In this document: positions 55,997-64,000 of the stretch, in pieces | Numbering within the stretch: the stretch's first letter is position 1 | How the letters are laid out: every line of letters begins with the position of its first letter | DNA from: a virus | Direction: 5' to 3' (one strand) | IMG/VR virus record: IMGVR_UViG_3300027798_006580 | DNA length: 64,000 nucleotides | Notes under the pieces: model-generated | Told to the model about the DNA's origin: nothing | The model's input: only the letters and a program-made list of their open reading frames with translations | The model's database searches: none | Program-made: the position numbers and the translations under genes

Positions 55997-57274
55997 ATGA
56001 CAACAGCACATTTAAAAAGTTTCCTGGTTAGTCCATGGACTATTCTTGGATCAATTATCGTAGGTATTTTAAGCGGAGTATATGCTCCTGAGTTCAGCAT
56101 AGGACTGGACAGCATTGGCAGTATCTATATTAGTTTATTAAAGGTAGTTGTACTACCATTCTTGTTGGCAACTATTCTAGTTGGTATTATTGGCTTGCTA
56201 CAAAAAGAAGGCAGTCAAACTTTAATCCGCAGGATTATCATTGGCTTTGTCAGCAGTATGTTTATTGCCGCAGTCATTGGTGTAGGTACTGTAATGATTA
56301 CAGGCACAGAAATGACACCTGAGAAGAAGACACAGCTTGGTGTTTTAGTCAATGACAAAGACAGTGGCACTGATTTGAACATCACTCTTAAAGAACCAAT
56401 GCCAGTGGCAGCAGAAGTTAGTGCTGGTAAAATGGCAGAAAAGTTTATCCCAGAAAACATTTTCAACACATTAAACAATGGTGAGAGTTTAAAGATCGTT
56501 ATCTTCTGTTTAATCTTTGGTGTAGCATTAGGACACTTAAAAACAGAGGGTCAACGTATGTTGGTTGAAGTTCTAAAGAGCGTTCAACAAGCAAGTATTA
56601 GTATTTTTAAATTCCTAAACTACTTCCTACCAATTGCCTTATTAGCAATGATTTCATCGCAGGTTGGCAAAGTTGGCGTTGGTATTTTTATGACCATGTT
56701 TGACTTTGTATTCCAACAAGCAATTGGTGGATTCTTAGTGATTGCTCTAGGTACAGTAGTAATTTGGATGCGTAGTGGATTGAGCCTTGCTACTGTTATC
56801 CGTGAAACTAAAGAAACATTAATTGTTGCTGTGAGTTCACGTAGTAGTTTGGCTTGTATCCCATATGCACAAGAAGCACTACACAAGTTGAAGTTCGACA
56901 AAGGTGGAGTTGAACTAACTGTTCCACTAAGTTTCACTGTTAACCGTATTGGTAGTATTGTTTACTATGCTATTGCTACAGTATTCATTGCTAATATCTA
57001 TGACTCACCATTAGGTTTAACAGGACTAGCAGTTGTATTGTTTGGTAGTATCTTAGCTGGTCTGGCAAGTGCAGGCACAACAGGTATTCTTACAGTTGCT
57101 ACAGTGGCAGTTGTCTGTGACTTGTTAAAACTACCAAGTGAAGCTGTATTAGTATTACTAATTGCAGTTGATCCATTAATGGATATGATTCGCACAGCAA
57201 GTCACGTACACGGAAACGTAGCAGTCACAGCATTTGTCTGTGACAAAGAGGCACCGGAAAGTGGACAAACTTAA
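55997..57274 (+). CDS. dicarboxylate/amino acid:cation symporter (DAACS)
   Basis: IPENIF, SSRSS, VPLSFTVN, AVDPLMDMIRT. Confidence 0.9.
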   Translation: MTTAHLKSFLVSPWTILGSIIVGILSGVYAPEFSIGLDSIGSIYISLLKVVVLPFLLATILVGIIGLLQKEGSQTLIRRIIIGFVSSMFIAAVIGVGTVMITGTEMTPEKKTQLGVLVNDKDSGTDLNITLKEPMPVAAEVSAGKMAEKFIPENIFNTLNNGESLKIVIFCLIFGVALGHLKTEGQRMLVEVLKSVQQASISIFKFLNYFLPIALLAMISSQVGKVGVGIFMTMFDFVFQQAIGGFLVIALGTVVIWMRSGLSLATVIRETKETLIVAVSSRSSLACIPYAQEALHKLKFDKGGVELTVPLSFTVNRIGSIVYYAIATVFIANIYDSPLGLTGLAVVLFGSILAGLASAGTTGILTVATVAVVCDLLKLPSEAVLVLLIAVDPLMDMIRTASHVHGNVAVTAFVCDKEAPESGQT

Positions 57275-57863
57275 AGATTTTCTTTTAAGTTTATTGACAT
57301 ACATAGGCGAAAGTCCATTTCGCCTATTCACTGTTGTATTCTTATGTATACTGGGCTTCGGTGGCTGGATAGTTTATTCTGAAAAAGATAACTTTATGGC
57401 CAGCTACCGTGCTCAGCAGGCATTGCCTAAGATGAATGGTCGGTATGAAGAAGCATATAATTTCTTGTTGAAGCACACAGATGTAGAACTTGTGTCTATC
57501 ATGGAAGTCAACACATTAATAAACACAAGAAAAATTGTGTTCTTGGCCACACGCAATGGCGGAAAGATTAAAGAACACAATGGATTAGACGTTGGGTTGT
57601 TTAGTAAAAACTATGACAACAACAATGATGTCATAGGACTAATGTCCGGTAAAATTCCTTGTAGTCCATATCTCAAACCGCAGAGTCTTATTGGCTTTAC
57701 TTATAAAGATAGTGGTGTTAACTATATGTGCCGTATCAGTGTGCCAGCAGAACCCGGTGTATTCATAGGACAAATCAGTGTAGGTTGGAAAGAACAGCCT
57801 GCAGATGTCGAAGCGGCACAAACAGCATTAGTCATTGCTTCTGCGTTATTATTTAAAAAATGA
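57261..57863 (+). CDS. membrane-anchored hypothetical protein
   Basis: single N-terminal TM followed by a globular domain. Confidence 0.6.
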   Translation: MDKLKDFLLSLLTYIGESPFRLFTVVFLCILGFGGWIVYSEKDNFMASYRAQQALPKMNGRYEEAYNFLLKHTDVELVSIMEVNTLINTRKIVFLATRNGGKIKEHNGLDVGLFSKNYDNNNDVIGLMSGKIPCSPYLKPQSLIGFTYKDSGVNYMCRISVPAEPGVFIGQISVGWKEQPADVEAAQTALVIASALLFKK

Positions 57864-57918
57864 GACTTCCTACTGTCATTGCTGTTGGTATTTTTATAAT
57901 CATTGTATTTTTTATACT

Positions 57919-58611
57919 ATGAAACGTTTAGGTATATTAGGTGGTATGGGTCCTGCAGCCAGTGCCGAGTTCGTTAACAGGCTTATAGCACAAACTCCTG
58001 CAACATGCGATCAAGAACACATACCTTTTGTTTTGTGGAACAATCCACAAATCCCAGACCGTAGTACAAGTATGCGAGCTGGTGACAACAAACCATTACC
58101 GTTTTTACTGGAAGGAATTCGAGGCCTAAAAGCCGCAGGCTGCGATACTATTGTTATACCCTGTAACACTGCACATTTTTGGTTCAATGATATAATTAAA
58201 ATAAATCTTGGCACTATTCATATTGTCGACAGCGTGGCTAATGCATTGCGTGATGTAAAAGTAACTAATACAACTATAGGCGTTATAGGAACACAAGCTA
58301 CTGTAGAACTAGGATTATATCAAACTAGATTAAATGATCAGGGATGGAATTGCATCGTCCCATCTAAAGAAGAAATGTCGACATTGGTGCAACCTGCCAT
58401 TGATCTAATTAAGAGTGGCAAACTTGAACAGTCACATCCAATGTTTATGTCTGTAGTGGATAGTTTGATAGCACGTGGTGCTCAAGCAGTGGTATTGGGG
58501 TGTACTGAAATACCATTGGCAGTCAAGGAAGACAACCATAATGGTATTCCATTAATCAACAGCATAGACAGCTTGGTCAAAGCGGCTATTAAAGAATTCA
58601 GCAGGCCTTAA
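57919..58611 (+). CDS. aspartate/glutamate racemase
   Basis: GILGGMGPAAS, IPDR, PCNTAH, LGCTEIP (two catalytic Cys). Confidence 0.92.
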   Translation: MKRLGILGGMGPAASAEFVNRLIAQTPATCDQEHIPFVLWNNPQIPDRSTSMRAGDNKPLPFLLEGIRGLKAAGCDTIVIPCNTAHFWFNDIIKINLGTIHIVDSVANALRDVKVTNTTIGVIGTQATVELGLYQTRLNDQGWNCIVPSKEEMSTLVQPAIDLIKSGKLEQSHPMFMSVVDSLIARGAQAVVLGCTEIPLAVKEDNHNGIPLINSIDSLVKAAIKEFSRP

Positions 58612-58614
58612 AAG

Positions 58615-59235
58615 TTATTTGTTGGCCAGGGGATTGTCAATAGCTTTTTGTATCTTGCTATCAACTTCTTTCTTTAGCTGTTCAACTTCACGATTGATTT
58701 CTCTGCGAGCTGATGTAAATTCACTGTTGATTTCTTTACGTGTTGATTCCATGTCTTTACGGATTGCGGCAGCTTCTGTTCTTGCTCGTTCTAAGTCTTC
58801 ACGTACTGCTTTACGCATTTCGCGCATTTCGCTTTCAGTTTCACGCTGTGCATTTTTAACACTGCGCTCTACTTGTTCCGTAACGGTTTCATTGCGACGA
58901 ATATCATTCTTCAAATCAACTTTAATATCACGAGTATAGTCAGCACCTTTTTGGCTATTTTCTTCTATGACTGCTAGTCGTTTGTCAAAACCACTTAGGT
59001 CTGGCGCAGAGTAATCAGCAATCTTTTTCTTCATGCCTTGATAGTCCTTGTATACTTCAAAGGTACCATAAAGTCCGCCTAGTATAGATGACACTAGTGT
59101 AAATGCCACCATTAGTTTTGCTGGCGTAAATTCATATCCACCAATACTGATAACAGTGTCCTTGCTGGCATATTTCTTTGCGGCTGCTTCGAGTTCATCA
59201 ACTTTAGCGTTTACGTCTTTAATTTCTTCTGTCAT
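58615..59235 (-). CDS. membrane-anchored coiled-coil protein
   Basis: TM segment then heptad repeats, ends DNPLANK. Confidence 0.75.
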   Translation of the reverse strand: MTEEIKDVNAKVDELEAAAKKYASKDTVISIGGYEFTPAKLMVAFTLVSSILGGLYGTFEVYKDYQGMKKKIADYSAPDLSGFDKRLAVIEENSQKGADYTRDIKVDLKNDIRRNETVTEQVERSVKNAQRETESEMREMRKAVREDLERARTEAAAIRKDMESTRKEINSEFTSARREINREVEQLKKEVDSKIQKAIDNPLANK

Positions 59236-59246
59236 TTTATTTTCCT

Positions 59247-60992
59247 TTATCTATATTGTAGGTTCACCAAATCTTGGTGTAATTTATCACTAGACAATTG
59301 ACGCAAAACTTTTGCATTGTCTACATTCACTTGATTCTTGTAAATCTCTTTTGGTGCATAGAATGCTACATCAGGTATCATCATTGAATATGCTTGATAT
59401 CCTGCGGGCTGTGTTGCCATGCCAGCAATATCCACACGTCCAGCCAGTTCATTTGGCTGTACATTTCTGTTTACTGATTCAGTTTTTTGTTCTTGTACGT
59501 TATTACTTTGTAACATTGGGCGCTGTTCCATTGCATCATTTAATGCTGAACGTCCACCAATCTTAATACCTTCATTCTGCGGTACTTCTATTTCTGGTTG
59601 TTTACTACTATTTGTTGGTGCCTGCAAACTATACATATCAACTTGACCCTGCGACATGTTTGATGACGAAGACATACTAGGATCAGCAAATACACTTTGC
59701 GTTACTGGTCGTAAGCCACCGACATTGACTACACTAGTTTGTGATACACTAGCTACATTTACCACAGTCATTTGTGATTGACTGCTGGTTACTACTGTCG
59801 ATCCAGTACTTGTACTAGACTGTGCCATACTGCTGGTAATGCTTTGTGTAGTTAATGTGCCTGCTACTGTTTCTGCTTGTTGCTGTGCTTGTTGTGCATC
59901 TTTGGCAGCGGCAGTTTCTGCAGCCTGTACAACAGACTTGGCCTCATTGCCTATTCTAGCTTGATTGCTACTAATCATACTCATAACATTGCCTAGACTA
60001 GGTCCCGTCTTATCACTTGCTGTTTTATTATCACCTGCTGTTTTAACTTCACCTGCTCGAGGTTGACTACCGCCGCCCTGCGGAGGAGGTTGATTTGCTG
60101 GTGGTGGTGAGCCAGGATTATTGCCTGGTCCAGGAGCTCCGGGTGGTGGTGGGCCTGCCATAGGTCCATCAGCAGGAGGAGGACTACCAAGCGGGGGTGG
60201 GCCACCAGGTGGTGGCGGAGCCGCTTCGTCAGGTGGCGGTGCCGGTCCAACGGTTTCAGGATTAACTACAACTGGATTTAGTTTGGCCATTGCATCGTTA
60301 TAGCCTCTGCAACTAGGAGAGTATAGTGGATTGGTAGCACAAGGATCAACACTATATTTCAAACTAAAATTTACATTGATGATTTCCGGACCGTATGGTC
60401 CAACCCAATAATTATTGTCCCTGCCAACAAATCCATACTGGGCATTGCCAACATTAGATACACTGTATGCGTTGGTAAAAGTTTTACTGTACTCAAAGGT
60501 TCTCCAACCTTGTGTGTTATAGGACAAGTCCCAGTTGTAGTTTTCTACCACTTTTGAATTTGTATTGTTGTAGATGTTTACGTAAGCACTTAGAGTGTCG
60601 GTCATTCCGTTGTCCCAGCCGTTGCCGTTCTTGGCTTGAAAACTAAAATTGAAACCATTGACTTGTAATCCTGTACCACTGTTGGGCAATGCATTTTTAA
60701 TAGCAACAGTTTGATTTAAGTCAGTTAATCCATATGAGAAGTTGATAACATTGCTGCCAACACCCCAGGCCCCAACTCTAGGAAGTGGACCACAATAACC
60801 CGGATCACCCCCTGCCCAGCAAGTTAATGGTTCTCCAATTGTGCCGGCGTTTTGCCAAGTAGAGGTAGTACTGTTAGCCTGACTAGTAAAGTTAGTCAAG
60901 TTACCGGTCGTATCAACTTGTTGACTGTTAGAATAACTTGTGGACAAGAACGCCAAGGATAGCGCCAATGCCAATTTTCTTATAAGTATCAT
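59247..60992 (-). CDS. secreted protein with Pro/Gly-rich linker
   Basis: signal peptide; DPC..NPLYSPSC; PPPPG tract. Confidence 0.75.
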   Translation of the reverse strand: MILIRKLALALSLAFLSTSYSNSQQVDTTGNLTNFTSQANSTTSTWQNAGTIGEPLTCWAGGDPGYCGPLPRVGAWGVGSNVINFSYGLTDLNQTVAIKNALPNSGTGLQVNGFNFSFQAKNGNGWDNGMTDTLSAYVNIYNNTNSKVVENYNWDLSYNTQGWRTFEYSKTFTNAYSVSNVGNAQYGFVGRDNNYWVGPYGPEIINVNFSLKYSVDPCATNPLYSPSCRGYNDAMAKLNPVVVNPETVGPAPPPDEAAPPPPGGPPPLGSPPPADGPMAGPPPPGAPGPGNNPGSPPPANQPPPQGGGSQPRAGEVKTAGDNKTASDKTGPSLGNVMSMISSNQARIGNEAKSVVQAAETAAAKDAQQAQQQAETVAGTLTTQSITSSMAQSSTSTGSTVVTSSQSQMTVVNVASVSQTSVVNVGGLRPVTQSVFADPSMSSSSNMSQGQVDMYSLQAPTNSSKQPEIEVPQNEGIKIGGRSALNDAMEQRPMLQSNNVQEQKTESVNRNVQPNELAGRVDIAGMATQPAGYQAYSMMIPDVAFYAPKEIYKNQVNVDNAKVLRQLSSDKLHQDLVNLQYR

Positions 60993-62052
60993 CTATTTTT
61001 ACCTCATCCAATTTTGGAATCTTATCTGGATTTGCATCCCAAGATGCTTTGGCTTGTTCACCGATCTTACCTTCATATGGGCACGGTGTTCCTGCGGCTA
61101 ACATGGCATCAAATACTCTGCGATCTTGACACATAGTGGCAACTGCGGCTACTTTCATGCCCATGTCATATAATGTTTTAGATAACTTTAATCTTTCGCA
61201 ATTCATGTCCCGAACAGTGCCGCCCGAACTTACACCGAAAACTTGTGTCTGCACACTACCACTACTACCAGTACTACACAAATCAGCATTACCACCCGAC
61301 AACATAGCAGGAGCCACTGCTGTTGGAGGAGGCTGAATAATACGTTGTGTAATCTCAGTGGAGTTGATATTTCGATTAGTCATGTCACCTGTCTGTACGT
61401 TTTGATTAACGGCTGTACTAGCGTTAACATTATTATTAACATTATTACTTGTACTTGTACTTGTATTGACATTTCGATTTGTCATGTCACCGGTGTTGAC
61501 ATTGTTATTAGTGGCAGTGCTAGTGTTAACATTGTTGTTGTTATTTGTAGCTGTACTTGTACTAGCATTATTGTTATTGTATGTCATTGTACCACTATTG
61601 ATGTTGTTGTTGGTGTTTACGTTGGTACTTGTACTTGTATTGACGTTGTTGTTATTGTACGTCATTGTTCCAGAGTTGACATTGTTATTATTGTATGTCA
61701 TTGTTCCAGAGTTTACGTTGTTATTGTTAATAGTGCTTGTACCACTGTTGATATTATTATTTGTGTTTACACTGGTACTGTTGTTATTGTTTATATTGTT
61801 GCTGGTGCTATTAACAGCGGCTGTGCTGGCACTGGTGCTATTGCTAGTGGTATTGCTGTTTGAAGTAACGGTGCTGGTACTGTTGCTGGTGCTATTGGTA
61901 TCTACTAGTGATTTAGAATCATAGCTTCCTTGATTAATTAATGTGGCAGTACCGGTTGTTGTTCCACCTGTTGTGCCTGATGTGGTGGTTGTTTGTGCTG
62001 ATACAGAAATTGCAATGGCTGTCAAAGCAAAGGTAACAAGTGTTCTTTTCAT
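60928..62052 (-). CDS. secreted Asn/Thr-repeat protein
   Basis: signal peptide; NNNNVNSGTMTY-like repeats; C-terminal CERLKLS...AGTPCP domain and TM. Confidence 0.8.
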   Translation of the reverse strand: MKRTLVTFALTAIAISVSAQTTTTSGTTGGTTTGTATLINQGSYDSKSLVDTNSTSNSTSTVTSNSNTTSNSTSASTAAVNSTSNNINNNNSTSVNTNNNINSGTSTINNNNVNSGTMTYNNNNVNSGTMTYNNNNVNTSTSTNVNTNNNINSGTMTYNNNNASTSTATNNNNNVNTSTATNNNVNTGDMTNRNVNTSTSTSNNVNNNVNASTAVNQNVQTGDMTNRNINSTEITQRIIQPPPTAVAPAMLSGGNADLCSTGSSGSVQTQVFGVSSGGTVRDMNCERLKLSKTLYDMGMKVAAVATMCQDRRVFDAMLAAGTPCPYEGKIGEQAKASWDANPDKIPKLDEVKIDDTYKKIGIGAILGVLVHKLF

Positions 62053-62170
62053 GAGTTTACTCCTATACCATTAAATGGCTTTTTAGTATTTAAAGTAAAA
62101 TGCGGTCGAGTAAAATACTATTAAAACTAATTACGTATAATGGTTATACTGACTTTTTTATAAATAGTCA

Positions 62171-62476
62171 ATGAAACATATTTTAATTTTTCTAACTTCT
62201 ATGGCGGCTATTACAGCATCAGCTCAACCAGCAACTACAAAAAAAGAAGTTTACTGTGATAAAATCGAAACAATGATTTCGATTTTAAAAGGACGAGACT
62301 ATGAAGAATCGCCTATTTGGTTGGGCACGGAAAAGGACAGTAAAGCACCAAACTATTCCTTGTTTGTTAACCAAGAAACCAAAACCTGGACTATAATCCA
62401 ATTCAACAAAGAAACAGCCTGCGTTCTAGGCGCAGGCGAGGATTTCATCGTACTTTCCAAAAAATCATACATTTAA
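62171..62476 (+). CDS. secreted hypothetical protein
   Basis: signal peptide; TKTWTII...ACVLGAG. Confidence 0.7.
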   Translation: MKHILIFLTSMAAITASAQPATTKKEVYCDKIETMISILKGRDYEESPIWLGTEKDSKAPNYSLFVNQETKTWTIIQFNKETACVLGAGEDFIVLSKKSYI

Positions 62477-62570
62477 CCGTTTAACTTGACAGTTAAGCCA
62501 TTAAGTGCTATTATAACGAATGTATCGTAACAGATACGTAATTAACCAACCGCGTAAAAGGAGGAGACTT

Positions 62571-63095
62571 ATGATACGCATCATGAAAATCGTTGCTACT
62601 TTTGTAGGACTAATGCTGGTAGTTTTTGTGGCAAGATATGCCTACGACTACAAAGTAACGTCACTGAAAGCAGCTCAAAATTTAAATTCCAGTGTGATCA
62701 CTGCTGAAGTTCGCAATACCCAACTCGACTGTTTGACCAGAAATATTTACTACGAAGCAGGACACGAACCCTTCGAAGGTAAAGTTGCTGTGGCCCAAGT
62801 TACATTAAACAGAGTCGACAGCGGAAAATTTCCCAATGACATCTGTAAAGTAGTTTACCAAAAAGACAATGCACTAGGACTGTGCCAGTTCAGTTGGTAC
62901 TGCAACGGCGATGTAAGAAAACCCAAAAACTTGGCCGCTTATCGTGAAAGCGAGATTGTTGCAAAACAAGTTTTACTGGAAAAATTTAGACTACCAGGTC
63001 TAAACCATGCTCTTTATTTTCACGGAACATATATTAATCCGGGATGGAAAAAAGAAAAAGTAGCCATTATCGGCAATCATATATTTTACAAATAA
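62571..63095 (+). CDS. SleB-like cell wall hydrolase
   Basis: CLTRNIYYEAGHE..GKVAVAQV.LNRV, CQFSW, GNHIFY. Confidence 0.9.
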   Translation: MIRIMKIVATFVGLMLVVFVARYAYDYKVTSLKAAQNLNSSVITAEVRNTQLDCLTRNIYYEAGHEPFEGKVAVAQVTLNRVDSGKFPNDICKVVYQKDNALGLCQFSWYCNGDVRKPKNLAAYRESEIVAKQVLLEKFRLPGLNHALYFHGTYINPGWKKEKVAIIGNHIFYK

Positions 63096-63106
63096 GAAAG
63101 ACTAAA

Positions 63107-63427
63107 ATGAATATTTTCAAAACACTCAACGATTTTACCAGTGAGAGTGCAAAAAATCTGAAAGAGCAATTGGTCACAGTCAGTGCAGAGACACTTGGCT
63201 GGGTTGCTGTTATCCTTGTACACTTGGCTACTATTCCTACGTTAGTTGCCATACTAACTGGTCTCACTGAAAAGACTCCTCCGGTTGATCTAGTATTGTT
63301 AGCTTGGGCAGGTTTGTTCTTATTCTTTGTTAAAGCTACCATCAGTAAAGATATTTTAAATATTGTTACGATTGGCTTTGGATTTTTTATTCAAGCATGT
63401 TTGATGGCCCTTATCATTTTTAAATGA
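63107..63427 (+). CDS. small membrane protein
   Basis: three hydrophobic segments. Confidence 0.65.
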   Translation: MNIFKTLNDFTSESAKNLKEQLVTVSAETLGWVAVILVHLATIPTLVAILTGLTEKTPPVDLVLLAWAGLFLFFVKATISKDILNIVTIGFGFFIQACLMALIIFK

Positions 63428-63675
63428 TCAAGTTGGTTGTTAAGACACTAAAAGTAGGGGATGTTGAAGATCCAGACATATATCTAGGTGCTGTTTCCTA
63501 CGACTGGTTACAGACCGATCATGGTAAGTATGTTAAAGAGAAGGCAAGAGATTTGACGTACCACCAAATACAGCCAGGCAGCGACTACTATTATGGATAT
63601 CAATATAATATCACAGCAGTGTTTGAAGATGAAGAAGCAGTTATATACAAATTAAAATTTGGTGATGTCAAGTAA
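63424..63675 (+). CDS. hypothetical phage protein
   Basis: GDVEDPDIY...YKLKFG. Confidence 0.65.
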   Translation: MIKLVVKTLKVGDVEDPDIYLGAVSYDWLQTDHGKYVKEKARDLTYHQIQPGSDYYYGYQYNITAVFEDEEAVIYKLKFGDVK

Positions 63676-64000
63676 TCCCACTGCACATTATAACAGTTCT
63701 AAGTTATGCTGGGAAATTCTCTTAGAAGAAGCTCAGGGTGATAGAATGGTGTTAGTGCATAAAGAAGCTAATACTGCACACAAGATGTTAAAAGAACGGG
63801 GAATTAAATTTATTGATGCAAAAGTCAGTAAATTCAGTGCCCCTATGTTATTAATCTCTGACTGGATATTTTGGCATCGGAATGAAGAAGAAATATTTGA
63901 CTGGTGCACCGAAAGTCGTGTACAATGTACACTAGCAGGTATGATACTTGAATTTGATAGTCAAGAAGATAAGATGATGTTTATGTTGCGGTGGAGTTAA
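63665..64000 (+). CDS. hypothetical phage protein
   Basis: ends MFMLRWS* at the window edge. Confidence 0.6.
   Translation: MSSNPTAHYNSSKLCWEILLEEAQGDRMVLVHKEANTAHKMLKERGIKFIDAKVSKFSAPMLLISDWIFWHRNEEEIFDWCTESRVQCTLAGMILEFDSQEDKMMFMLRWS

Noticed and set aside
61243-61924. Leu/Val-rich plus-strand ORFs resembling membrane proteins
   Set aside because: Antisense shadows of the Asn/Thr repeat gene.
1-64000. Stop-codon reassignment
   Set aside because: Recognisable genes are full length in code 11, TAA, TAG and TGA all end genes, and no suppressor tRNA was seen.
1-64000. CRISPR array
   Set aside because: No regularly spaced direct repeats. The stem cassettes are dispersed inverted repeats, and the 61.4-61.9 kb repeats are coding.
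1-64000. Bacterial chromosome origin
   Set aside because: Host-like genes are isolated from their usual operons amid phage-type small ORFs, an endolysin and late-promoter motifs.

Overview
This window is a 64-kb segment of a large, AT-rich dsDNA phage genome, probably T4-like or jumbo, with a probable proteobacterial host. Evidence: dense small ORFs, consensus sigma70-type promoters, T4-late-like TAAATA motifs, a GH19 endolysin, dCMP deaminase, and host-like clpP, tilS, rpoZ, erpA, fdxA and queD. No structural or replication genes lie in the window. It holds 27 CCA-ending tRNA genes covering every amino acid except Cys, in two arrays (8.8-16.2 kb and 34.8-41.4 kb). The arrays are interleaved with many structured non-coding segments and with a large set of modification enzymes: 20 HxD...H 2OG-Fe(II)/cupin oxygenase-like proteins, 3 radical SAM proteins, an acyl carrier protein, a PLP enzyme, an SGNH hydrolase, GNAT-like proteins, 3 acyl desaturases and 3 nitroreductase-like proteins. 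The best candidates for undescribed biology are: (1) an ACP-centred 12-kb biosynthetic operon; (2) a leader-peptide/antiterminator/terminator attenuator upstream of most of the first tRNA array; (3) a family of long-stem RNA cassettes with a conserved RCAYATT/AGTRTGY core and unique loops lying among the tRNAs; (4) systematic TAAATA-N4-7-ATG, apparently leaderless, expression of the accessory enzymes; (5) several 130-250 nt structured RNAs; (6) an unannotated metallothionein-like peptide and a riboswitch-like queD leader. All calls were made by eye from motifs; no database search or folding computation was run.
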